Positions 53,528 to 64,000 of a stretch of DNA of 64,000 nucleotides are shown here, piece after piece. The notes beneath the pieces are model-generated. The model made no database searches. It saw nothing but the letters and a program-made list of their open reading frames with translations, and had not been told where the DNA came from. This DNA comes from Bacteroides sp. (lineage in GTDB: Bacteria; Bacteroidota; Bacteroidia; Bacteroidales; Muribaculaceae), in assembly GCA_023663525.1 (NCBI GenBank), contig JAMPHF010000001.1:682317-746316 (forward strand), written 5' to 3'. Each line of letters begins with the position of its first letter. Within the stretch, counting starts at the first letter, position 1. A program made the position numbers and the translations under genes.

Positions 53528-55438
53528 CTACTTATTGATGAGTTCAATCAACTGGTCGGCAACTTTCGAGGATGTGGCAAGCTCATCTCGCAGGCGCATC
53601 TGCGTCTTTTGTCCGTAGAGCCACACGGGTAACCCTATCGGGAAGATCACAATCATTGCCCACGATAGCCACTTCCGTGTTGACGGCTGCTGGAACCACA
53701 GGCTTCGCAGTATCGGGAGATCCATCAGTTTAAGAACAGCCAACTTGTCGCGTGAGTTTGAGAGATATTCGACATCATCGTCCATCGTCTCGCGCAAGCG
53801 GTGGAGAGCGTCGCGGTCATAGCCCTTGAGCCAGTAGTCGGTGTAGGACTGTTTCGGCAGATTCGAGTGGAGATAGTCGGCAATCTCGGTTTTGAGATCT
53901 TCGAGACGACGGACAGCAACGGCCGGCTCCACTTCCATCATGACAAGTTCTTTCATCTCGACATGACGCACTTCGCTGACACCGAAGAATTTTCGGAAGA
54001 AGTTGAGATATGCGTCCTTGTTGAACACCGCAGAGTCATTGACCGCCTTGTAAGTAAAGAATATGCCTAACGGCAGAAGCACTGCGGCACTGAGCCACAT
54101 GCCTTCCCAGACCTCCCACTTGCCATCGCGGGCTAACTTGTAGCCCATGTTGTCGATGATATAGTAGAAGATGAACAGGAACACTGAGATCACGAGGGGA
54201 GTGCCGAGACCTCCTTTGCGGATGATCGCACCGAGCGGCGCACCAATGAAAAAGAATATGATGCAGGCAAATGATAGGGTGAATTTCTTCTGCAGCTCAA
54301 TGGCGTGGCGGCGCATGGTCTTGAAATCATCGGCCATCGATAGGCTACGGTATTCATACTCCTGACGCATACGCTGCGCCTTGGCGAGTCCCTGATTCAG
54401 ATACCCGAGCCTGACTCCTGACGACGAGCCGCGCAACATCGAATCGACGTTGACCTGGTTGAGCAGCTTCACATCCTCGCGGCGCACTTTGACAATCTCG
54501 CCGCTGTCATTCTTCTCCGAACGGTAGGCATGGAATCCGAGATAGGGATATTCGCGGAGAGATGTGCCGTAGGTCGCGCCAAGCGAATCGACACGCGCTC
54601 CGACCGAATCAATCGTGGCCTGAAGTTCAGCCATGTTTTTGCCGACATACTGGTTTCGCATCCCTTGCTCGTCCATACGGTTGAAATTGGAGTCGAACTT
54701 GAGCATGATTTCCTTCACGTCAAACGACTCCCGGCGGTAAGGGACATTCTTCATATTGCCGGCACCGGCATCCTTGAGGTTCTCGAACGACTCTCCGCTC
54801 CACAGACGCAGGAATAGATGAGTCTTGTCAGGCGTTATGGACATCTTACCGGAATCGGCGAGGATGATTGATGAGTTTTCAAAGCCTTTCGAGACATCAT
54901 AGATCATCACTTCGTAGAGCACACCTGTCTCTCTGTCCTTCTGCTGGACAAAGAGGTTGTAGCCCGGAATCTGGTCATAGAAGACACCCTCCGGAATCTC
55001 CAGTTCAGGAGATTTCTGCCTCATGGAGTAGAGCAGGGTCCACATTTTGGTCTGCGCGACCGGGAGCACGTCGTTCTGGAAGAAGAATGCCCCGGTGGCT
55101 ATACACACCATCAGCACAATGAGCGGAGCCATGGTGCGCAGGAGCGATATTCCCGAGGCTTTCATGGCCGTAAGCTCGAACTGCTCGCCGAGATTGCCGA
55201 ACGTCATGAGCGAAGCGAGCAGGATGGCCAACGGGAGAGCCATAGGGATCATGGTCAGAGCCGCGTAGAAAAACAGCTCGCCTATGACATCGACACCGAG
55301 ACCTTTACCGACAAGTTCATCGATATATCGCCACAGGAACTGCATCAGCACTATGAACAGACAGATGCAGAACGTCATCATGAACAGAGGGACGAAGCTC
55401 TGAAGGATGAAGATGTCCATGCGCTTGATACGAAACAT
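53528..55438 (-). CDS. LptF/LptG-family (YjgP/YjgQ) LPS export permease
   Basis: It has an N-terminal 3-TM block, a large periplasmic insert, a C-terminal 3-TM block and an extension. Its position next to skp/bamA is typical for Bacteroidales. Confidence 0.75.
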   Translation of the reverse strand: MFRIKRMDIFILQSFVPLFMMTFCICLFIVLMQFLWRYIDELVGKGLGVDVIGELFFYAALTMIPMALPLAILLASLMTFGNLGEQFELTAMKASGISLLRTMAPLIVLMVCIATGAFFFQNDVLPVAQTKMWTLLYSMRQKSPELEIPEGVFYDQIPGYNLFVQQKDRETGVLYEVMIYDVSKGFENSSIILADSGKMSITPDKTHLFLRLWSGESFENLKDAGAGNMKNVPYRRESFDVKEIMLKFDSNFNRMDEQGMRNQYVGKNMAELQATIDSVGARVDSLGATYGTSLREYPYLGFHAYRSEKNDSGEIVKVRREDVKLLNQVNVDSMLRGSSSGVRLGYLNQGLAKAQRMRQEYEYRSLSMADDFKTMRRHAIELQKKFTLSFACIIFFFIGAPLGAIIRKGGLGTPLVISVFLFIFYYIIDNMGYKLARDGKWEVWEGMWLSAAVLLPLGIFFTYKAVNDSAVFNKDAYLNFFRKFFGVSEVRHVEMKELVMMEVEPAVAVRRLEDLKTEIADYLHSNLPKQSYTDYWLKGYDRDALHRLRETMDDDVEYLSNSRDKLAVLKLMDLPILRSLWFQQPSTRKWLSWAMIVIFPIGLPVWLYGQKTQMRLRDELATSSKVADQLIELINK

Positions 55439-55592
55439 AGTTGTGACGGGCTTTTGTGGCGGTTGTGTGATGAGACCTGATTATTATCAACAAACCCGCC
55501 ATATATGACCCTGACAGTGCAGGCCATACATGGCGGACTTGGTATGAGATTGTTGAACTGTCAAAATTCAGTGGTCGGAATTGACAGATTGT

Positions 55593-56087
55593 TTACTTGA
55601 TGCCGAGAGCAGCCTTGACGAGGGGAGTGACATCAGTCACGTCAGCACCGGTGTAGAGAGGCATCACGTTCTCGAAGATGAAAGTGTAGCTGCCTTCAGC
55701 ACCCACGCTCTGGATTGCCTTCACGACTTTCTCCTGAACGGGAGCCATGAGCTGCTGATTCTGACGCTGGAGATCCTGCTGTGCGGTTTCGCGGAAACGC
55801 TGGATCTTGGTGTCGATTTCCTGAAGCTCCTGAGTGCGACGCTCTCTGATGGTTTGGGGAGTGGACGCCTCAAGAGCCTGGAATTCCTGAAATTTCTTAT
55901 TAAATTCTTCCTGAAGTTTTGCAAACTCGTCTTCGTATTTCTTGGTTGCAGCCTGCATCTGTTCTTCAATGGTTTTCACTTCGGGGAGTGAAGTCATGAG
56001 CTCCTGAGTGTTGATGACACCGAATTTCTGTGCGAAAAGGCTCATGGGAAACGCAATCATGATTGCGAGCAAAAGTTTCTTAATCAT
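55593..56087 (-). CDS. OmpH/Skp-family periplasmic chaperone
   Basis: It has a signal peptide and a Lys/Glu/Gln-rich coiled coil, is 164 aa long, and lies downstream of bamA. Confidence 0.85.
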   Translation of the reverse strand: MIKKLLLAIMIAFPMSLFAQKFGVINTQELMTSLPEVKTIEEQMQAATKKYEDEFAKLQEEFNKKFQEFQALEASTPQTIRERRTQELQEIDTKIQRFRETAQQDLQRQNQQLMAPVQEKVVKAIQSVGAEGSYTFIFENVMPLYTGADVTDVTPLVKAALGIK

Positions 56088-56188
56088 CGTTGTATTTGGA
56101 AGTTTTTTGTTTTAAAAATGAGATATTTTCAATGCTGTCGTGAGGTTCAGCTTGCATGATGATCTGAAGCGGTGCAAAGGTAGGTAAT

Positions 56189-56704
56189 TTATTTGGAATA
56201 ACCTAACTTTTCAAGCACCTCGTTGGAAACGTCGATTCGAGGCGATGCAAAGATGATGTCGGCTGATGACGCGCGGTCAAAAATACACTGGTAGCCACGC
56301 TCCTCCGACACTTTCTTGACGGCGTTGTAGACATCGTCCTGAATGGGTTTCATGAGGGTCTGACGTTTCTTGTACAGCTCTCCCTCCGGACCGAAATACT
56401 TTTGGCGGAGTTCGGCGGCCTGCTTCTCCTTGCCGACGATTTCCTCCTCTTTTTTCTTTTTCTGTTCGTCGGTCAGGAATACCATCTCGTTCTGATAGTT
56501 CTTGTAGAGGGTCTCGGCTTCTTTTGCCACAGCCTCCACTTCCTTCTGCCATCGCTGCGAGATTTGGTTGAGCTGTTCGTTGGCCATCTCGTAGGCGGGG
56601 ACGTTGGAGAGGATATAGTCCATATCGACAAGCGCAAATTTCTGTGCGGATGCACCGGCGAAACATGCAAGGACAAGCGCAAGTGTCAGGAAAATCTTTT
56701 TCAT
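56189..56704 (-). CDS. OmpH/Skp-family periplasmic chaperone (paralogue)
   Basis: It has a signal peptide and a coiled coil, is 171 aa long, and lies directly downstream of bamA. Confidence 0.85.
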   Translation of the reverse strand: MKKIFLTLALVLACFAGASAQKFALVDMDYILSNVPAYEMANEQLNQISQRWQKEVEAVAKEAETLYKNYQNEMVFLTDEQKKKKEEEIVGKEKQAAELRQKYFGPEGELYKKRQTLMKPIQDDVYNAVKKVSEERGYQCIFDRASSADIIFASPRIDVSNEVLEKLGYSK

Positions 56705-56820
56705 ACCTTGGGCGGGTGTTAAGTTGAATAATGCTGATATATTATAGACGCACCAGCAGGTGAAAAGTTTAACTAATAAAATGTTTAAGTTCTATAAAAT
56801 CAAGATTGCTGATTGTGGAA

Positions 56821-59484
56821 TCAGAACTCCTGACCGAGAATGAAGTGGAAGTGTGAGCCACCTTTCTGACCGTAGACGGTGTCGAAACCGTAGGCCCAGT
56901 CGATACCCATCATGCCGACCATCGGGAGGAAGATGCGGACACCGGCACCGGCACTGCGCTTGAGGTCAAACGGTGAGAAGTTCTTGACGGAGGTCCATGC
57001 GTTGCCGCCTTCAAGGAACGCAAGACCGTAGATGGTAGTCGTCGGTTGGAGCATGAACGGGAAGTGAAGCTCCATTCCGAAGCGGGTGTAGGCATAGCCG
57101 CCACCAAGCTGATAGGGAGTGAGCTGTCCGTTGTCATAACCACGGAGGGCAATTGTCTCCTGAGCGTAGGTGTAGGAGCCTGACATGCCGTCGCCACCGA
57201 CGTAGAATGTCTCGAACGGGGATTTGAGATATTTGTTGTAGCTTCCGAGGAGGCCGATGTCGGCACGGGTCATGAACACGAGGGTATATTTACCCTGCGG
57301 GTCAGTGAGCGGAGTGTAGGTGCGTGACTTGAAACGGAGTTTCCAGTACTCAATCCAGCGGTAAAGGTCCTTGCGCGCCTGCTCAGCCTGGACACTGCTC
57401 TCGCTGCTTGATGCGAGGGCTGCAATCTTCTTCCAGTCTTTCTTGCCGAACAGTGAGGCGGGGGGAGTGAGCTGGAGGTTGAGTGAGAATGTCGAGCCGC
57501 GACGGGTGTAGAGAGGATTGTCGGTCGAGTTGCGCGAGAGGGTGAAGCCGATGGTGAGGGCGTTTGAAGTTCCGTTCTGCATGTTGAGAAGATACTCCCA
57601 GTTCTTCAGATAATACCAGTTGTAGCCAAGTTCTGCCTGGAATGTAAAGTAGTTGTCAGGCCAGTTGAGACGTTTGCCGAATCCCACTGACACGCCGAGC
57701 ATCTGGAGAAACTTGTTGGGGTCGTAGGCATTCTCATACGAATTCTGATAGTAGTCGTTATATCCGTAATTGCCGTAGCCATAACCGCCGTAACCGTAGC
57801 CATAGTAGCTGTTGAGGGCGTTCATGTAGTTGCGGCTGTAATATGACGAGTTGACACCTGTCTGACGGCTGTAATAGGCGGATACAGAGAGTGAGTTAGG
57901 ACGCTTGCCGCCGAACCAGGGGTCGAGGAACGAAATGCTGTAAGCCTGATAGTAGCGGGCATTGGTCTGGGCTGAGATGGTGAGCTGCTGACCGTCGCCC
58001 TGCGGGATAAGACCCTTGTAGCTGTTGGGATAGAAAAGGTTCTTGATTGAGAAGTTGGTGAACTTGATGGCGACCTTTCCGATGATACCTGTCTGACCCC
58101 AGCCCATCGAGAACTCGAACTGGTCGTTGGATTTGGATTCGAGGTTGAAAAGAATATCCACAGTTCCATCCTCCTGATTCGGTTCGGGGCGGATGTCCAT
58201 GTTCTCAGGGTCGAAGTGACCTGTCTGCGCGATTTCACGGGCCGAACGCATGAGGTCTTCCTTGTTGAAAAGTTCACCGGGGCGCACGAACAGTTCGCGG
58301 CGGATCACCTTCTCGTAGAGGCGGTCGTTACCGTTGATGATGACATTGTTGATTGTGGCCTGCGGACCTTCGGTAATCTGCATTTCAAGGTCGATGGAGT
58401 CGCCTGAGACGTTTCTCTCAATCGGTGTGATGTTGAAGAACAGATAACCGTTGTTCATGTAGTAGTTGGCGATGGCGTCATCGTCCTCCTCAGTACGTTT
58501 CTTGAGAAGTTTCTGATTGTAGACATCACCCTTCTCCATGCCGAGCACGCTGGAGAGAAGGTCGGTCTGATAGATGGTGTTGCCTACCCACGAAATGTCG
58601 TTGATGTAGTATTTCTTTCCTTCTTCAAGATTGATGTAGACATCGACGGTCTTCTCATCGTAAGGCACGACTGAATCCGAGAGGATTGCAGCGTCGCGGT
58701 AGCCTTTCTCGTTGTATTTCTGAACTATGCGCTCAAGGTCGTCCTCATAGTCACTCTCGACGAATTTCTTCTGGCGGAAAAGGTTGAGAATCTTGCCTTT
58801 CTCGTTGGTCTTTTTCATGACGCGCTGGAGTTGATTGTCGCTCATGACCTCATTGCCGTCAATGTAGATTTTGTGGACCTTGACCTTGTCGTTCTTGTCA
58901 ACGTTGATGTCAACAATCACGGCATTTGGGGTTGAAATATCCTCCGTGAGATTTATCTTGACGATAGCGTTGCCGAAACCTTTGTTGGAATAGTATTTCG
59001 AGATGATCTGCTCGGCGCGGTTGACGATGTTCTGCGTGATCTGGTTGCCCTTGCGGAGCTGGAGAGCCTCGTCGAGATCCTGCTGCTCACCTTTCTTCAC
59101 GCCGTGATAGTTGATCTCGCCTATGCGGGGTTGCTGGCGGAGATTGATGGAGATATAGGCCTTGTCGCCCACCACCTTGTCAACGGTAATCTGGACTTTG
59201 GAGAACAGACCTTGCCGCCACAATTCCTTTGATGCGGTCGTGAGGTCGGAACCCGGGACGGTGATAATGTCGCCGACTTTCAGGCCCGTGTAGTTTATGA
59301 CGATGTCGGTGTCATAGTTGTCGGCACCCTTGACCTGAATGTCTGCAATCTCGTAGGTCTTGGGCAGACCGGAGAAATTTATGGTCGGTTTGAAAATGGT
59401 ATCAGCCGGAGTCTGTGCGGTCACGCCCGTTGACATCAAGAATGACGGGAGCAGGAGCAGGAATGTGATAAATCTAAAACGCAT
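56821..59484 (-). CDS. bamA: Outer-membrane protein assembly factor BamA
   Basis: The protein is 887 aa with a signal peptide, POTRA-repeat N-terminal half, and a C-terminal beta-barrel ending ...HFHFILGQEF. Confidence 0.92.
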   Translation of the reverse strand: MRFRFITFLLLLPSFLMSTGVTAQTPADTIFKPTINFSGLPKTYEIADIQVKGADNYDTDIVINYTGLKVGDIITVPGSDLTTASKELWRQGLFSKVQITVDKVVGDKAYISINLRQQPRIGEINYHGVKKGEQQDLDEALQLRKGNQITQNIVNRAEQIISKYYSNKGFGNAIVKINLTEDISTPNAVIVDINVDKNDKVKVHKIYIDGNEVMSDNQLQRVMKKTNEKGKILNLFRQKKFVESDYEDDLERIVQKYNEKGYRDAAILSDSVVPYDEKTVDVYINLEEGKKYYINDISWVGNTIYQTDLLSSVLGMEKGDVYNQKLLKKRTEEDDDAIANYYMNNGYLFFNITPIERNVSGDSIDLEMQITEGPQATINNVIINGNDRLYEKVIRRELFVRPGELFNKEDLMRSAREIAQTGHFDPENMDIRPEPNQEDGTVDILFNLESKSNDQFEFSMGWGQTGIIGKVAIKFTNFSIKNLFYPNSYKGLIPQGDGQQLTISAQTNARYYQAYSISFLDPWFGGKRPNSLSVSAYYSRQTGVNSSYYSRNYMNALNSYYGYGYGGYGYGNYGYNDYYQNSYENAYDPNKFLQMLGVSVGFGKRLNWPDNYFTFQAELGYNWYYLKNWEYLLNMQNGTSNALTIGFTLSRNSTDNPLYTRRGSTFSLNLQLTPPASLFGKKDWKKIAALASSSESSVQAEQARKDLYRWIEYWKLRFKSRTYTPLTDPQGKYTLVFMTRADIGLLGSYNKYLKSPFETFYVGGDGMSGSYTYAQETIALRGYDNGQLTPYQLGGGYAYTRFGMELHFPFMLQPTTTIYGLAFLEGGNAWTSVKNFSPFDLKRSAGAGVRIFLPMVGMMGIDWAYGFDTVYGQKGGSHFHFILGQEF

Positions 59485-59519
59485 TGGTTTCTGTGATATG
59501 TGGAGGAATAGAGTTCGGA

Positions 59520-60257
59520 TTATTTCAGTTGCTCGGATGTAAGACCGAAACGGCGTTCGCGGCCACGGAAGTCGCGGAGGGCACGGATGAAATCCTCACG
59601 GGAGAAGTCGGGCCAATAGGTGTCGGTCACATATATTTCAGAGTATGCAATCTGCCAGAGAAGGAAATTGCTGATGCGGTGGTCGCCACCTGTGCGGATG
59701 AGAAGGTCGGGGTCGGGATAATCGCGTGTGGTCAGATAGCGGTTGAATGCCTCGTCAGAGTCCATGTCCTCAGGCTTGGCTTTTCCGGCTTCGACATCGG
59801 CGGCAAACCGGCGGGTGGCTTCGAGAATCTCCCAGCGCGATGAGTAGCTTATGGCAAGGATGAGGGTCAGTCCCGTGCCTTTCGATGTGTCGGCGATACA
59901 TTGCTGGAGACGGTCGTATGCCTCGCGTGGCATACGCGATGAGTCGCCGATCATCTGCAGGCGCACATTGTTCTTGATCAAGTCGGGAGTCTCACGCTCG
60001 ATGGCGATCACTATGAGGTGCATGAGAGCATCGACCTCGGCTTGCGGGCGATTCCAGTTTTCAGTAGAGAACGTATATAGCGTAAGATAGCCTATGCCGA
60101 GTTCGGATGCCACCTCGGTGATTCGACGCACCGTGTTGACACCCTCGACATGTCCCTCGCTGCGGTCGAGACCGCGCGCCTTGGCCCAACGTCCATTGCC
60201 GTCCATGATGATGGCGACGTGGCGCGGGAGGCTATTCTTGTCCAATTCTTCTGTCAT
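59520..60257 (-). CDS. uppS: Undecaprenyl-diphosphate synthase (isoprenyl transferase)
   Basis: The motifs are HVAIIMDGNGRWA and IRTGGDHRISNFLLWQIAYSE. Confidence 0.95.
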   Translation of the reverse strand: MTEELDKNSLPRHVAIIMDGNGRWAKARGLDRSEGHVEGVNTVRRITEVASELGIGYLTLYTFSTENWNRPQAEVDALMHLIVIAIERETPDLIKNNVRLQMIGDSSRMPREAYDRLQQCIADTSKGTGLTLILAISYSSRWEILEATRRFAADVEAGKAKPEDMDSDEAFNRYLTTRDYPDPDLLIRTGGDHRISNFLLWQIAYSEIYVTDTYWPDFSREDFIRALRDFRGRERRFGLTSEQLK

Positions 60258-60368
60258 ATATTTTCTGAAGTGCCGGAGACTGAGCTTGATTCAGCCGGAG
60301 GACTCCGGGCGTTAATATTAGTTGTTGAAAATCTCGATTTGTCGCTGCGGGCGGTGGTGGGGCGAAGG

Positions 60369-61070
60369 TCAGTCTATGCGGTGACAGGTGACGCATCGTT
60401 TTCCGAACTCGTAGCTGATGCTCAGCATCAATGTTGAATACCAATCGGTATTTTTCAGGAAAGAACTTTTAATCTGATAGAGATCCTTCAGCTCTCCGCT
60501 ATCCACGTTGTCGCCAAACACCTTGGTCATGCAGAACTCAAGACTGAGGTTGAGGCGGGGACGGAGCTTGTATTTCACTCCGACGGCCATTGGGAGGCTC
60601 ATGGCGACGAAAGTGTCGCCCCCGGTGCTCGACATCGCGACTCCGAGTCCGAGCGAGAGATAGGGTGAGATGCGGGTGAGGTGTTTGTAGGTCTCGCCGA
60701 TTCCGTAGTTGAAGAAGTTGTACTCCATTCTCGCACCGAGGTCATAGACCGTTGATTTGAAATCGTAGACCTTGCCATCGGGGAGGACATTGTCCATTCC
60801 TTCGGTCGAGCCGCTGAGCGAAGCGACCGTCAGGAGTCCGCGTAGGGCCCAACGGGTGTTGATGAGATAGCGGAACGAGCCGTTGAACACCACTCCGGGA
60901 TTAGCGAAAAGTGAACTTTCGTTTGCATCGCCGAGATAACCCGACATGCCGATGCCGGCACCTATATCAAATTTATATTCTTCGACGCTCTCTTGCGTCT
61001 GTGAGTGCATGGGCGGTGTGACGGCCAACGCACATAATGTCAATATTACAGTAAGGAGGAGAGTTCTCAT
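60369..61070 (-). CDS. Small outer-membrane beta-barrel protein (DUF6089-like, from memory)
   Basis: It has a signal peptide, alternating beta-strand pattern and aromatic girdle residues, and is 233 aa long. Confidence 0.6.
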   Translation of the reverse strand: MRTLLLTVILTLCALAVTPPMHSQTQESVEEYKFDIGAGIGMSGYLGDANESSLFANPGVVFNGSFRYLINTRWALRGLLTVASLSGSTEGMDNVLPDGKVYDFKSTVYDLGARMEYNFFNYGIGETYKHLTRISPYLSLGLGVAMSSTGGDTFVAMSLPMAVGVKYKLRPRLNLSLEFCMTKVFGDNVDSGELKDLYQIKSSFLKNTDWYSTLMLSISYEFGKRCVTCHRID

Positions 61071-61117
61071 CTTTTCACCACATTAATATATTACAATTGC
61101 ATGAGGCAAAAAGACGG

Positions 61118-62653
61118 TTAGTAGAGAGGGGCAAACGTGAAGCGGCGTATCACTCCGGTCCAGACTGAATTGTGGAGTTGTCCGTCGGCGTCCTCTCCAC
61201 CGAAAAGATAGATGAAGGGACATCCCCACTCGGTGATGGGTGCGCTCACGCGGCTGGTGGGGGCGGAAGTGACGGGGACAGCCCATGCCGGAAGCCGTTT
61301 TGCCGACATCGGAATCCAGCCGTCGGAAACGGCGCGCGACGATGAGTCGTCAAGCGTCGATTCTACCACAAAGGCTTGGGCTGAGGCAAATGCCGGGATG
61401 TAGTCCGGGAGCTGGAGATAGCTTGAGGCCTCATTCCATGTCATGCCCTGGTCATAGGATACGTAGACATTCTTTGAAACGACAGATCCTCCTGCAGTCT
61501 CGTAACGTCCGCCGACAGCTATGAGGGTGGAGCGTTCGGTCACTCGCCAGAAACCATTGATGGTGCGCGGAGTGAAGTAGGGGAAGACAGTGACATCTTC
61601 ACGCTCATCAATATCTCGCGAACTGATCTTGGCCCATACGGAGCCATCGTAAGCCCAGGCTGAACCGACCATGTTGCCGGCTGCATCACGACCGCCGACA
61701 AACATTGCGTAGGGCTTGGAGCTCCACTTTGTCTCGTAGATCATCATTTGTCCTGTTCCGGACACGGGGCAGCCGGATGGGATGGACTGCTCGCTCATGG
61801 ATGGATAGCTGACGTGTTTCCAGCCGTCTGCGTCCTTGCGTGCGCCAAGCACCTCCTTGTCATATCCACCATAGATATAGTCCATGTGGACTCCTGTGGC
61901 GGTCCATGTCAGAGCGTCGGGCGAGGTGTAGAGATTACCGTTACCGTCAAGTATGTAGAACGCGTCCGTCGAGCTGCTGAAGGTGTTGACTGACGCATCA
62001 GCGGGCAGAACCGCATCGGAGAGTGTCCGATCGTTGTCGCGAGGATTCTCTGTGACTGCAAGTGATGCCTGAGAGCCGGAAGCGGTCAGGCAGTAGATAC
62101 GACCCTTGAATTCAACCGTCTTCTGCGTGGTCGGGGCGGCAAGTTTACTCGGGAGATCGCGGCGTGCGGTCTTGTCCCAGTAGAGAGTGTCGGTTTCGAC
62201 CTGATGGACATTGACCTTTATATTGTATTCACGTGATGACAGACCATCGTAGGACTTCACGAGCAGTTTGACCGGACCGTCGGCGAAGTTGATGCTGTCG
62301 TTGGGACTCTCAATGTAGCTTATTGTCGTGTCGCGTGAAGTCCCCGGGAGGCGGAAAGTAATGTCACACGCGCTTGCCGATGTTGTCCCTATGTTGATGA
62401 TGAGTTTATCGGTCCGCGTGCCTTTGGGGAGTGAATCTGCGTTAAAGATGACTGCGTTGACGAGGTCGATTGAGAAATAAACGGAGTCGAGACCTTTGAG
62501 CACACTGTCATTTTTGCCAAGGCTGAACGATGAGACCGTGCAATTGCCGAAATCGCCCTCGGCAGCAAAAGTGTCTGTATCACTGTTGCAGGCACTGATT
62601 ATTGCCGTAAGCACGATAGCCAATAATGTGTATAGCGGATATTTTCTTGTCAT
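61118..62653 (-). CDS. Lipoprotein of unknown function
   Basis: It has a lipoprotein signal (LAIVLTAIISACNSD), an Ig-like N-terminal part, and repeated Gly/Trp/Tyr beta-strand blocks that suggest a propeller. Confidence 0.6.
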   Translation of the reverse strand: MTRKYPLYTLLAIVLTAIISACNSDTDTFAAEGDFGNCTVSSFSLGKNDSVLKGLDSVYFSIDLVNAVIFNADSLPKGTRTDKLIINIGTTSASACDITFRLPGTSRDTTISYIESPNDSINFADGPVKLLVKSYDGLSSREYNIKVNVHQVETDTLYWDKTARRDLPSKLAAPTTQKTVEFKGRIYCLTASGSQASLAVTENPRDNDRTLSDAVLPADASVNTFSSSTDAFYILDGNGNLYTSPDALTWTATGVHMDYIYGGYDKEVLGARKDADGWKHVSYPSMSEQSIPSGCPVSGTGQMMIYETKWSSKPYAMFVGGRDAAGNMVGSAWAYDGSVWAKISSRDIDEREDVTVFPYFTPRTINGFWRVTERSTLIAVGGRYETAGGSVVSKNVYVSYDQGMTWNEASSYLQLPDYIPAFASAQAFVVESTLDDSSSRAVSDGWIPMSAKRLPAWAVPVTSAPTSRVSAPITEWGCPFIYLFGGEDADGQLHNSVWTGVIRRFTFAPLY

Positions 62654-63470
62654 AATGTGGTAAAAACCTGCTGTGGCAGGGGGTTATATTTGCAAACTAT
62701 ATAAAATGATGCTTGGAATCACTAAACAACATTTCAAGATGCAAAGTTAAAAAGATTTTCATTAACTACCATTGTGCATGAGTGAAAAAAAACTAATTCA
62801 CAGCTTTGAGGGCAAAATGCGAACAAATTGAAAGCAAAATCGCGGGAGTGGAGATTGCAGGAGTGGTGATTATTGACGGCATAGTGGTGGAGTGGGGGGG
62901 CATGTGTCCAGAGTATGTGCAGGTAGGTGAGTTGGTGGAGGACTGTCGCCATGCATTAGACAGTGTGGACAATTTGTCCCCAAAGAAGCTACAATGCTGT
63001 CTACCAAATAGGTACATTTGCGAACAAAATGCTAAAATTGGAAGGATTTGTCCGTCATTTTTTTGGATTTATTAAACCTTATATTTACATTTGCAATATC
63101 AAAATGCCTCATCCGAGTCAGCGAAGCACCAAAACGGTGCATCTCTTTCCCCCTCCCCTAAATGGCGAAAACCGGCCCGCCAAAGAAGTCTGTGGCCGGA
63201 AGTGAAGAAATTAAATATAACAAACTGATTACTACGAACCGTTAAGAACAAATCAATCCCTACGAACCTGACAAAGATTTCTTACATACTGAATTTATTA
63301 ATTAGCTACTATTTTACAATCATCGGAGCCACATTTTAGAAAAAGCCTCTTTCACTAAATGACGGAATCGTTTTTTCAATATATGTGTTTTTACAAGATT
63401 GTAGATTAGAAGAGGGGGACTGACCGCGAGGTTCGTCCTCCTTGTATGTGTATCAGGCACTTGCCGTGGG

Positions 63471-64000
63471 TTACTTGCGTGGAGCGATGACACGGTCGCC
63501 GATGAGTTTGGCGAGTTCGGAACGGGTTTGTTCAATTTCTTTGATCTGACGCATGAGGTCGAGTGCTCGGTTATAGTCGGCTGCCGAGGCTGCGAGTTGA
63601 CCGCGTATGTCCTCTTGTCGGGTACAGAGTATTGCGTCCTTTAGCTCGTGGAGAGTGCGCGGGACGAGTTCGGCGAGCATTTCCTGCTCGGTCGGGACTT
63701 TGGCATACTTGGTGTGCATCTTGCTGAGTATGTGACGCTCGACCACGAGATCGGAGGCGAGATTGCGGATTATGTCGTCGGGCGAGGAGCACATTTGTCG
63801 TGCAAGATAGGATGATGAGAAATCAGCGAGACCGTTGGCATAATTGGCATCGACGGTTTCCTGAAGTGTGTGCTCCATAGCCGAGATGCTACCTGTGTCG
63901 GTGGCCTTCTGCCTGATTTCCTCCACCCCGGCGGCAAATTCCTCAGAGCGTCGTGCGGCAAGTTCCTCGCATTTGCGCGAATAGTCTGCATCCCAGTTGG
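63471..64000 (-). CDS. 3' part of a gene continuing beyond the window end; C-terminus resembles Bacteroidales DNA primase DnaG tails (weak recollection)
   Basis: The frame of track ORF 63471-63926 stays open upstream to position 64000 (NWDADYSRKCEELAARRSEEFAAGVEEIRQ...). It ends ...LAKLIGDRVIAPRK. Confidence 0.5.
   Translation of the reverse strand, partial: NWDADYSRKCEELAARRSEEFAAGVEEIRQKATDTGSISAMEHTLQETVDANYANGLADFSSSYLARQMCSSPDDIIRNLASDLVVERHILSKMHTKYAKVPTEQEMLAELVPRTLHELKDAILCTRQEDIRGQLAASAADYNRALDLMRQIKEIEQTRSELAKLIGDRVIAPRK

Noticed and set aside
63425-63465. tRNA-like T-arm ('gaggttcgtcctcc').
   Set aside because: Only a single short hairpin is present, with no acceptor, D or anticodon arms on either strand. 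It is more likely a weak terminator hairpin after the right-edge gene.
1-64000. Defence island, prophage or integrative element.
   Set aside because: I recognised no integrase, transposase, restriction-modification, helicase/nuclease, reverse transcriptase, toxin-antitoxin or phage structural genes. Gene content is largely core, and strand and compositional continuity look chromosomal.

Overview
This window looks like a chromosomal segment of a Bacteroidota (Bacteroidales-type) genome. The evidence is a SusC/SusD pair, a BamA-Skp-Skp-LptFG envelope cluster, an N-succinyl-type arginine operon and recurrent TAnnTTTG promoter boxes. Family and genus cannot be determined by eye; Muribaculaceae-like is only a guess. 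There are about 46 densely packed protein-coding genes, mostly core metabolism and envelope functions. In order: partial dcp, a TPR protein, dxr, rseP, an rlmI-like gene, an M49 DPP-III-like peptidase, a GH13 amylase and a patatin lipase. Next is an 8-gene arginine cluster on the minus strand (GNAT-argG-argC-argD-argF'-argB-argE'-argH). Then come SusC/SusD plus a MINPP-like histidine acid phosphatase, a PSD-family pyruvoyl decarboxylase followed by a GadC-like antiporter, NhaC, and two tandem POT peptide transporters. After these are a small membrane protein plus a vWA protein, a ModF-like ABC ATPase, gpmI-sdaA-nadB, a DUF4294-like protein, a ZIP transporter, a small acidic protein, a putative porin and a His/Asn/Pro-rich repeat protein. 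The last block is ribBA, lptFG, two skp genes, bamA, uppS, a small OM barrel, a lipoprotein, and the 3' part of a gene running off the right edge. I saw no rRNA, tRNA, CRISPR array, transposase, integrase, phage gene or recognisable defence gene, so this does not look like a classic accessory or defence island. Five things are most worth a second look. (i) The PSD-family decarboxylase plus GadC-like exchanger pair (29.1-32.0 kb) may be a PLP-independent amino-acid decarboxylation/antiport module. (ii) A family of mosaic long-hairpin intergenic elements is built from GGGACA / GACAnAAG / AACAG words, with copies at about 12.5, 21.9, 32.0, 33.8, 40.2 and 47.3 kb. Two of these exactly fill the gap between convergent stop codons. 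(iii) A 784-bp spacer (12.45-13.23 kb) carries a 34-bp inverted repeat (33/34 match) bracketing an alternating purine-pyrimidine AT-rich core. (iv) A 13-copy heptamer array and its complement sit inside the arg operon. (v) An ORF-free, strand-skewed region of about 800 bp lies at 62.65-63.47 kb. All functional calls come from motif recognition by eye and from remembered reference sequences. No searches were run.
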